Assembly: GCA_018396655.1 (NCBI GenBank)
Contig: JAGTQF010000002.1
Coordinates: 5,962-69,961 of the forward strand
Length of the DNA: 64,000 nt
From: Candidatus Bathyarchaeota archaeon
GTDB taxonomy: Archaea; Thermoproteota; Bathyarchaeia; Bathyarchaeales; DTEX01
Reading direction: 5' to 3'
In this document: positions 55,744 through 62,960 of the stretch, one piece after another
How positions within the stretch are numbered: the stretch's first letter is position 1
How the letters are laid out: the number at the start of each line of letters is the position of its first letter
Translations under genes and position numbers: made by a program
Notes under the pieces: model-generated
Databases searched by the model: none
Seen by the model: only the letters and a program-made list of their open reading frames with translations
What the model was told of the DNA's origin: nothing

Positions 55744-57285
55744 TTAAGGGGAAACATATTTATCAAGGAATTCTCTGTGAGCGCGAAAGATTTTCCTTAA
55801 GCTTTTACTTAAGGCGTCTTGAATCTTCTGTAGATTCCTGTATATTTCGATATTGTTTGGGTTGGGTGAGATGAGGGTGCTCTCATCAATCTCAACGTAT
55901 CGGTCTGTTATCTCCTGTATTGTCGTCTTCTCGCCCATGTAATTGCGGTATGTCCATATTGCCTGTAGTGCTGCACCATACGCCGCGCCCTCATCAATCT
56001 TTAGGCAGACAACCTCAATGTTGAATATGTCGGCTGCAATCTGGCGCCAAGCCCTATTTTTTGAGCCGCCGCCCGTGAGCCTAATCTGCTTAGGGTTTAT
56101 TCCGAGTTCCCTCATCCTATTTAATCCATAATTCATTCCTAGAGTTGCACCCTCCATCGCCGCCCTAGCCAAATGACTAGCGTTAAACGTTCTACTGTTT
56201 AGACCGAAGAAGACACCCGTCCCATCTGGAACATTTGGGGTTCTCTCACCCTCAAAGTATGGTAGAAGTATGAGGCCCTCTGAACCTACTGGTGTAGCCT
56301 CAATGGCCTCTGTCATCTCATCATGGCTCATACCAAAGAGGTTTCTAACAAACTCCGTTGAAACGGTAACATTCATTGTGCAGAGCAGTGGTAGCCAGGC
56401 ATTTGTTGAGTCACAAAACGCTGCAATCTCACCCTTTGGGTCTATTACAGGGACATCTGAATAGGCATATATTGTGCCTGAAGTCCCGAAACTTGCGGTT
56501 ACAATTCCCTTTCTTGTATTTCCAGTTCCGATGGCTCCCATCATGTTATCTCCTCCACCAGCGCTGACTAGAACATCATCTCTAAACCCAAATATCTCAG
56601 CAACCTCCTTTCTAACGAAGCCAGCTGGTTTATCTGAACTCTGTAGAGGAGGAAGCTTCTCTTCAAGATTTTGGTCGATAGCCTCTAAAACCTCCTTACA
56701 CCATGTTCTCGTCCTAACATTCATAAGCGCTGTTCCAGAGGCATCTCCATATTCCATAACCTTTCTGCCGGTTAAGTAGAAGTTTAGGTAGTCGTGTGGA
56801 AGAAGGATGGTTTTAAGACGCTTATAATTCCACGGCTCATGTCTTTTGAGCCAAAGAATCTTTGGTGCGGTAAAGCCGGGTGGAATTGAAAGGCCTAGAA
56901 GGTCGATAACCCTCCTTAAGCCACCAAGCTTCCTAATTAAATATTCGCTCTCCCTAAATGTGCTTGTATCATTCCAGAGCTTGGCTGGCCTAATAACCCG
57001 CCCATGCTCATCAAGTGGAACTAGACCGTGCTGCTGCCCAGAAACACCTATAGCCCTAACATCTCTAGGGTCGATATTCGCATTTTTTATAGCCCTCTTC
57101 ACGGTATCGATTAAAGCGTCAATCCAAACAGCGGGGTCTTGCTCCTTATGACCTGGGGGTAAACCTTCTACGAGACCATACTCTTTTGTCGCTTTTCCCA
57201 AAACCTTCCCTGTTTCACCATCTACCACTACTGTTTTTGTGCTCTGTGTACCATTATCAATGCCAATAAAGTATTCCTTAACCAT
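55744..57285 (-). CDS. xylB: xylulokinase (FGGY family)
   Basis: YFIGIDNGTQSTK, GVSGQQHGLVPLD, RPAKLWNDTST and C-terminal LTGGGSKNRAWRQIAADIF...EGAAYGAAL. Confidence 0.85.
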   Translation of the reverse strand: MVKEYFIGIDNGTQSTKTVVVDGETGKVLGKATKEYGLVEGLPPGHKEQDPAVWIDALIDTVKRAIKNANIDPRDVRAIGVSGQQHGLVPLDEHGRVIRPAKLWNDTSTFRESEYLIRKLGGLRRVIDLLGLSIPPGFTAPKILWLKRHEPWNYKRLKTILLPHDYLNFYLTGRKVMEYGDASGTALMNVRTRTWCKEVLEAIDQNLEEKLPPLQSSDKPAGFVRKEVAEIFGFRDDVLVSAGGGDNMMGAIGTGNTRKGIVTASFGTSGTIYAYSDVPVIDPKGEIAAFCDSTNAWLPLLCTMNVTVSTEFVRNLFGMSHDEMTEAIEATPVGSEGLILLPYFEGERTPNVPDGTGVFFGLNSRTFNASHLARAAMEGATLGMNYGLNRMRELGINPKQIRLTGGGSKNRAWRQIAADIFNIEVVCLKIDEGAAYGAALQAIWTYRNYMGEKTTIQEITDRYVEIDESTLISPNPNNIEIYRNLQKIQDALSKSLRKIFRAHREFLDKYVSP

Positions 57286-57368
57286 TTTCTTTCCCCCATT
57301 AATATCCTCTCTTTATTGCGCCACATAAATAATCTTATTTTTAATCCTCACATATATTGATATGATGT

Positions 57369-58103
57369 ATGGAGATGCTTATCTCGCTATCAATCCTAGA
57401 ATATGAATCAGAGCTCTCAAGCAACATAGACAAGTTAGAGGATACTGAAGCATTTGCGAAAATAGTTAGCCTTGTGCGGACAGGAAAACTGAATAGCATA
57501 CATATAGATGTTATGAGGCCTCCGATGATACCAGGTGAGAGCAGATTTCCAATAGGGCTTATAAAAAAATTATATGAGAAGCTCCATGGAAAAATAGCTC
57601 TAACTATACATTTGATGGTTGATGACCCCCTCAACATTATTAATGAAATTAACAAGTTTATAGTGGATGAGAATAGGGCCAATACAATGATTATATTGCA
57701 GGTTGAATCCTTCAGTTCAGAAGACGAAGCTGTAAAATCTATTGAGACAGTAAAGAAATATGGCTATAAGGTGGGAGTTAGCTTAAACCTTACAACCCCT
57801 AAAAAGAGACTAGCTGATAAAATTGTCAGTAGCGCCGACTTAATCCTACTGATGACTGTTCCAATGGGTTCTGGTAGACAGAAATTTCACGAAGCAGCTA
57901 TGCGCAGAATCAAATATTTCTCAACGAGATTTCCAAATAAGATTATAATGGTTGATGGAGGCATTAACCCAGAAACAATAATTAAGGTTTGGAGGGCTGG
58001 TGCAAAAGCTGCGGTTGTCGGCTCATATATAACCACTAGCGGTAAGCCTGAGGAGGCCCTACTAAGTCTTGAGGGCTCATTGAGGATGCATGTTAACTCC
58101 TAA
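57369..58103 (+). CDS. divergent ribulose-phosphate 3-epimerase-family TIM-barrel protein
   Basis: IHIDVM, TIHLMV, GVSLNLTTP, DLILLMTVPMGSGRQKF, MVDGGI and VVGSYI align block by block with Rpe (HFDVMD, VHLMV, NPATP, ILLMSVNPGFGGQSF, VDGGV, VAGSAIF). Confidence 0.65.
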   Translation: MEMLISLSILEYESELSSNIDKLEDTEAFAKIVSLVRTGKLNSIHIDVMRPPMIPGESRFPIGLIKKLYEKLHGKIALTIHLMVDDPLNIINEINKFIVDENRANTMIILQVESFSSEDEAVKSIETVKKYGYKVGVSLNLTTPKKRLADKIVSSADLILLMTVPMGSGRQKFHEAAMRRIKYFSTRFPNKIIMVDGGINPETIIKVWRAGAKAAVVGSYITTSGKPEEALLSLEGSLRMHVNS

Positions 58104-58118
58104 ATTTATTATCCTCAC

Positions 58119-59183
58119 TCATGGAACTTCGTAGGTTATTCTCGCTCCATAACTTTGCTCCGTTAGCACCTCGATTAATATTTCTTCACCACGATATGTA
58201 GACCAATCCCATTCGCATGAGAATGTTGCTATCGTATTTATATCGAGTGTGAAAGGAAGGTTTGGGATTATGCTTGTTGGTTTTATGCGCGTTCCATTTT
58301 CCAGCATAACCTCGATGCTTGTAATGGTTAATGGAAGAATAGAGCTTTCCGAGTTAAATATTGTGATATTGAAATAGGTTGCATTAGCCGGGTTGAACTC
58401 AACACCTCGTATAATAAGGGTAGCGTATACTGGTATGGTATACGCTGCTCTGGCAATATAACCTTGTGCCGTCCTCGCGATAATCGTAATGGTTTTGTTC
58501 TGATAGTAAGCCCAATTCCACTTACACATTAGGCTCACCGGAACACCAGGCTCGAGCTTAATAGGTAGCTGAGGCTCTGTCTCCACCTCATGGATTAGGT
58601 CATCAACAATAATTTTAACGCTTACTAAGCTAACACCGACAGCCGAAACATTAGAGTTCACTATAGTTATGTTAAAGTGGTCGCTGCATTCCGGTCTCTC
58701 AGTTATGCTTGTTATTCCTAATTCCACTACAGGAAGGGTTGCTCTGAGCGCTCCTCCAGTCCCCTCCCTAACTAAAACTATTATGTTAATTTGCTGTCCA
58801 ACATAGTTCAGCCAATTCCAGGAACATTTTAGGGTGATGGATTCTCCGGCGTTCAATTTGTAGCCTCCAGATGGAATTGCAGGGTTAATTGATGTTATTT
58901 TATGAACAGCATTATCTTCGGTTAGAACTAAGATTCCCAAAATGTAAGCCTCACTGGGAGAGAATGATGGATTAAGAATAGTGATGCTGAAGAATGAAGG
59001 GTCTTCAGCAGAAGCTAAAAACTCGCTCATGGATAATACTGGCTTTTCAGGGGTCTTTAATTGTAGCGAAGCGTAATAACCCACGACCCAAAGATATGAC
59101 AAGAACGCTCCGATAGTAAAGACAGCTATTAGGACCGCGGCAAACAGCATCTTACTTATGTTCAAGCCCATCAACACCATCAT
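58119..59183 (-). CDS. membrane-anchored protein made of three ~100-aa tandem repeats (C-x-W-[ND]-W motif), hypothetical
   Basis: N-terminal TM segment MLFAAVLIAVFTIGAFLSYLWVV. Repeats contain LKCSWNWLNY, LMCKWNWAYY and FSCEWDWSTY at Cys120, Cys220 and Cys323. Several N-x-S/T sequons. Confidence 0.7.
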   Translation of the reverse strand: MMVLMGLNISKMLFAAVLIAVFTIGAFLSYLWVVGYYASLQLKTPEKPVLSMSEFLASAEDPSFFSITILNPSFSPSEAYILGILVLTEDNAVHKITSINPAIPSGGYKLNAGESITLKCSWNWLNYVGQQINIIVLVREGTGGALRATLPVVELGITSITERPECSDHFNITIVNSNVSAVGVSLVSVKIIVDDLIHEVETEPQLPIKLEPGVPVSLMCKWNWAYYQNKTITIIARTAQGYIARAAYTIPVYATLIIRGVEFNPANATYFNITIFNSESSILPLTITSIEVMLENGTRIKPTSIIPNLPFTLDINTIATFSCEWDWSTYRGEEILIEVLTEQSYGARITYEVP

Positions 59184-59303
59184 CCATCATAAACTTAAGA
59201 GCTAACTTAGGTTAGGCGTGTTAGCTACTAATAGCAGAGATTTCAGCATTTAGGCTAATTAAATTTAGCCTTAAAGACCCGCATTAAGTCTATTCCATCC
59301 AAG

Positions 59304-59543
59304 CTATCTGAATGACCTTAGGAAATTTTCTAGTCTTTCTAGTCTCATGTTTGTGGCATTTAATGCCCTTTGCAGTTCGCTTATCTGATTTTTTAGGGCT
59401 CCTATCTCATTCTGTAGGCTTTCAATCTGGCCCTCAATCTTCTTTAAATCTTCAAGGGAGGCAACATCATAGCCCTCAACTATACCTCGGATGACAACTT
59501 TATGTGAGCGGGGCGGTTCTTTTCTCTCCTCCACAACGGTCAT
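59304..59543 (-). CDS. small coiled-coil protein, hypothetical
   Basis: 79 aa. Heptad-like LEDLKKIEGQIESLQNEIGALKNQISELQRALNATNMRLERLENFL. Confidence 0.5.
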   Translation of the reverse strand: MTVVEERKEPPRSHKVVIRGIVEGYDVASLEDLKKIEGQIESLQNEIGALKNQISELQRALNATNMRLERLENFLRSFR

Positions 59544-59669
59544 CTAAAATATCACACTCCTGAACTCCTAATAAGATAGTGTAGGGTTGGCACTAAATAA
59601 ATAATTTTTGCCACCCCAAAAATCTTTATTAGCATCTTAGGGGCTTTCTAGCATATTATTCAATGGCGG

Positions 59670-60233
59670 GTGAGTGGGAGCCCACCTCCACCCGTTCCGC
59701 CATATAAACCCCGGTGTAGGAGGTGGAAAATATTGAGGTTTAGCAGTATTGAGGTAGCATTAGTGGCCTTCTTTGCATCTACCTACGCTATTGGTGTGAC
59801 GCTTTTTGCTCCTATAAGCTTTGATCCCAGATTTCAGATAAGGGTTGTAGATGCGCTCCTCCCGCTCTCTATAATTTTTGGGTTTCCAGCAGCATTAGGC
59901 TTAGGTCTAGGCTGTTTTATTGCGAATTTCATTGGCCCCTATGGATTCATTGATGCTGCTATCGGTGGAATGGCAAACTTTGTGGCATGCATGCTAGCGC
60001 GGCTTATTGATGGAAGCAGCATCAAGCGCAGATTTTTGGGCTGTCTAATAGAAACCGTTACCGTAACCATTATTGTGGGAGTCTATCTATCGCTTATTTT
60101 GGGAATCCCGGTTGAAGCCAGCCTGTTCGGATTATTGGTTGGCTCTCTGATATCAATTAATATTTTAGGCTTCATGCTCTTAGAAGCCTTATATAGGAGG
60201 GGCGTAGGAAAGCACGTTAAAAATCTTCGGTAG
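59670..60233 (+). CDS. QueT-like membrane protein (putative queuosine/archaeosine-precursor transporter family)
   Basis: TLFAPISFDPRFQIRVVDALLPLSIIFGFPAALGLGLGCFIANFIGPYGFIDAAIGGMANFVACMLA resembles the QueT core (ISFG..QFR.SEAL..L....G...A.G...GC.IAN...P.G..D...G). Confidence 0.5.
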   Translation: MSGSPPPPVPPYKPRCRRWKILRFSSIEVALVAFFASTYAIGVTLFAPISFDPRFQIRVVDALLPLSIIFGFPAALGLGLGCFIANFIGPYGFIDAAIGGMANFVACMLARLIDGSSIKRRFLGCLIETVTVTIIVGVYLSLILGIPVEASLFGLLVGSLISINILGFMLLEALYRRGVGKHVKNLR

Positions 60234-60234
60234 A

Positions 60235-62013
60235 CTACTTTACATAATAATATTGCCCAATTCTCTTCTGGTATTTATCTAATCTCGAGTCTTCCTTATT
60301 CACTCGAGGTCTCTTCGTGTCTGGGTCTCTCCTAAAAGTTATATCCATCTCCTTTAGAAATGCATTCATACCATCGAGGAGACTAGTCGGTGACCTTGCT
60401 ATTCCATAAATCCCGGGCTCGCCAGTGAATATCATTAGCCTATCGGCTATGAAGTCTTGGGCTATGATATCGTGTTCGACAACAAAGGCTGTCACATTTC
60501 TATCTTCAACAACCCTACGTATTATTTTAGCCATAGCAAGCCTCTCTTCAACATCTAGGTAGGCGCTTGGCTCATCTAGAAGATATAAGTCCGCCTCACG
60601 CGATAGGCAAGCCGCTATTGCAACCTTCTGGAGCTCGCCGCCACTCAAATCCTTAACGCTTCTATCGAATAAGGGGCTTAGATTAAGCGGATTAATTATC
60701 TCAGTCTGATACCAACTGGATGTAAATTGCTCCTTAGCCGCTATTCTAAGAAGTTCCTCAACTGTTCCCTCATACTCCGTTGATATATATTGGGGTTTAT
60801 AGCTTACCCTAAGAATGTTTTCCGTTGGTGAAGAGCCTTCATCAGGCTTCTCTAACCCAGCCAATATTTTAATGAACGTTGTCTTACCGATTCCATTAGG
60901 ACCCAATATTCCTATAACCTCACCTGCCTTAGCATCGCCAGGTTCAATCTTAAGTTTAAAGCCGCTGTATGTTTTGCTCATTTCACCCCAACTTAAGATT
61001 GGCACATTAGTTGACGAGCTGGCTAACGGTGGCTTAACGTGAAATGTTATCGGCTCCTTTCTAAAGCGCATGTTTTCATCCGGAATAAAGCCGTCCAAAT
61101 AAATATTTATTCCAGTCCTTACACTGTGAACGTGAGAAACTATTCCATAAACCCCAGGCTTTCCATAGAAGACGCACACATGGTCTGAGAGGTAATCTAG
61201 CACCGCCAAATCGTGCTCGGCAACAACTATGAATTTATCTTCCTCCTTTAGGCTCCTTATAACTTTAGCAGCCTCAAGTCTCTGCTTAACATCTAAGTAG
61301 CTTGAGGGTTCATCGAAAAGGTATACGTCTGCATCTCGGCATACGGCCGCAGCTATAGCAACTCTCTGCAATTCACCACCACTTAAGACATCTAATGTTC
61401 TATCCCAAATAACCTTGAGCTGAAGCTTCTCAGAGACCTTTCTCAACCTACCCCGCTCATCAATACGCTCCAGAATCTCGCCAACCTTACCCTTTACAAC
61501 ACGCGGTATCCTATCAACATACTGGGGCTTATGAACAACCTTAAGACTTCTACTGCTCAGCCTCTGAAAATATGTTTGCAGTGTTGAACCCCTAAAATAC
61601 TGTATGATTTCAGGCCAGTCTGGTGGATTATCATACCTCTCAAGATTCGGTTTAATCTCACCAGAGAGTATTTTTAGGGCTGTGGATTTGCCAATACCGT
61701 TCTCCCCAATGAGTCCTAACACAATTCCGGGAGATGGAACTGGAAGACGGAATAACTTGAATGTGTTAGGTCCGAAACGGTGGACGCATTCGCCCTTAAG
61801 CTCCTCTGGAACATTAACTATTGAAATTGCCTTGAAAGGACACTTTTTAACGCATATGCCGCAGCCAGTACAAAGAACTTCAGATATAACTGGTTTTCCA
61901 TTCTCAAATCTTATGGTCTCAACTTTACTCCTAACTTGCGGACAGAATCTATAGCATGCCCTATCACATCGGGTTGGCTTGCACTTATCAAGGTCAATAA
62001 CGGCTATTCTAAT
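60235..62013 (-). CDS. abce1: ABCE1 (RNase L inhibitor homologue, ribosome-recycling ATPase), apparent ATT start
   Basis: The track ORF (495 aa) starts at an internal GTG. The frame stays open 97 codons further and encodes the Fe-S domain RIAVIDLDKCKPTRCDRACYRFCP...LCTGCGICVKKCP. Two ABC cassettes (GENGIGKST, LSGGELQR twice, GPNGIGKTT). Confidence 0.9.
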   Translation of the reverse strand: MRIAVIDLDKCKPTRCDRACYRFCPQVRSKVETIRFENGKPVISEVLCTGCGICVKKCPFKAISIVNVPEELKGECVHRFGPNTFKLFRLPVPSPGIVLGLIGENGIGKSTALKILSGEIKPNLERYDNPPDWPEIIQYFRGSTLQTYFQRLSSRSLKVVHKPQYVDRIPRVVKGKVGEILERIDERGRLRKVSEKLQLKVIWDRTLDVLSGGELQRVAIAAAVCRDADVYLFDEPSSYLDVKQRLEAAKVIRSLKEEDKFIVVAEHDLAVLDYLSDHVCVFYGKPGVYGIVSHVHSVRTGINIYLDGFIPDENMRFRKEPITFHVKPPLASSSTNVPILSWGEMSKTYSGFKLKIEPGDAKAGEVIGILGPNGIGKTTFIKILAGLEKPDEGSSPTENILRVSYKPQYISTEYEGTVEELLRIAAKEQFTSSWYQTEIINPLNLSPLFDRSVKDLSGGELQKVAIAACLSREADLYLLDEPSAYLDVEERLAMAKIIRRVVEDRNVTAFVVEHDIIAQDFIADRLMIFTGEPGIYGIARSPTSLLDGMNAFLKEMDITFRRDPDTKRPRVNKEDSRLDKYQKRIGQYYYVK

Positions 62014-62133
62014 AGTATTCTTCCTCCTTTAAGAAATTACTCTGGAAAGAAGCAAGTAATAAACTTGCCTATGATAAAAATTGTGAGGGAGAAAAAGGTT
62101 TGGTCAAAGGCTTTGAGGGAGGCTGAAAATGTC

Positions 62134-62196
62134 TCACTTCTTCTTTTCTTCAGCTTTTTCTTCTTTCTTTTCTTCAGCCTTCTTCTTCTTTGGCAT
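62134..62196 (-). CDS. candidate 20-aa Lys/Glu-rich mini-ORF MPKKKKAEEKKEEKAEEKKK upstream of ABCE1
   Basis: Hand-translated. The ATG is preceded by GAGAGGGGGG with a 6-nt spacer. It lies in a purine-rich low-complexity tract, so it may be fortuitous. Confidence 0.2.
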   Translation of the reverse strand: MPKKKKAEEKKEEKAEEKKK

Positions 62197-62342
62197 ATTC
62201 AACCCCCCTCTCAGCAAATTAACGATAATTTAATATTATTCATGTTATGATTGCTTGCTCTTGCTTAAAAACTTTGCTTTTAAACTTTCTCCTTAATTCC
62301 ACCATCGCTCTCTCTTAAGTCTTCTATACATTTTTGTTGATA

Positions 62343-62376
62343 AAAAAGTCTAATTTTTTATTTAAACAGACTTTTT
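62343..62376. promoter_or_regulatory. inverted repeat AAAAAGTCT-N16-AGACTTTTT in an AT-rich intergenic region
   Basis: Arms at 62343-62351 and 62368-62376 are perfect reverse complements and share the GTCT/AGAC core with the downstream palindrome. Confidence 0.3.
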
Positions 62377-62398
62377 AAGTAAACTCTATATTTTTAAT

Positions 62399-62415
62399 AT
62401 AGACAATTTGTCTAT
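62399..62415. promoter_or_regulatory. perfect 8-1-8 palindrome ATAGACAA-T-TTGTCTAT abutting a TATA-like box, operator-like
   Basis: Read directly. It lies immediately downstream of tatatttttaatat (62387-62400), 25 nt upstream of ATG 62440. GGAGGT Shine-Dalgarno at 62423-62428. Confidence 0.4.
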
Positions 62416-62439
62416 TTAATTTGGAGGTAAATTACATCA

Positions 62440-62940
62440 ATGGGCAGTCTTCCAAAGGTTTGGGAATTAATCGATAGGTTTAAACATATATGTAAGTCGA
62501 GAGGTTGGTGGGTCTCAGAATACGAGGATGTTATTAACGCTAATGGTGAATATCACAATTTCCTTTGGGCCCGTAAGATTTATCCGAGAACATTTAAGAG
62601 CGTTGTGTCAAATCATTTCTGTCCAATACGTGATGGTTTATCTTATAGGATTGTGAACGTGTCTTATACTGCTTGGATATTCTCCGAACCACCCATAGAA
62701 AATCTAATCTCGTTTGTTATCGATAACCCCCATCTGTTAAGAAGTACTGCATTATACGATTTAAGTAAAGCCTACATGGGAAGCCGCTTATGCCTAAAAC
62801 TAAATGAGACCGAGAGTATAGTTTTCCGCGAGTTTGAAGACTTTTTGGAAAAAGAATATGGCCTTAATCTCATCAATAAGCTACCACCGCTTCCTCCAGA
62901 TCATCTTCCATTGCCAGAAAGAACTATTCTGAACATCTAA
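62440..62940 (+). CDS. hypothetical protein (ORFan) in a visibly AT-richer segment
   Basis: 166-aa ORF with a good SD/ATG and no family recognised. Pro-rich tail LPPLPPDHLPLPE. Confidence 0.55.
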   Translation: MGSLPKVWELIDRFKHICKSRGWWVSEYEDVINANGEYHNFLWARKIYPRTFKSVVSNHFCPIRDGLSYRIVNVSYTAWIFSEPPIENLISFVIDNPHLLRSTALYDLSKAYMGSRLCLKLNETESIVFREFEDFLEKEYGLNLINKLPPLPPDHLPLPERTILNI

Positions 62941-62960
62941 TAAACGAGCTTAGTTGATGA

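Noticed and set aside
61936-62250. A 104-aa + strand ORF spanning the ABCE1 upstream region.
   Set aside because: It overlaps the ABCE1 Fe-S-domain codons on the opposite strand. Its tail is poly-F/L/S read from the purine-rich tract, and it has no start context.
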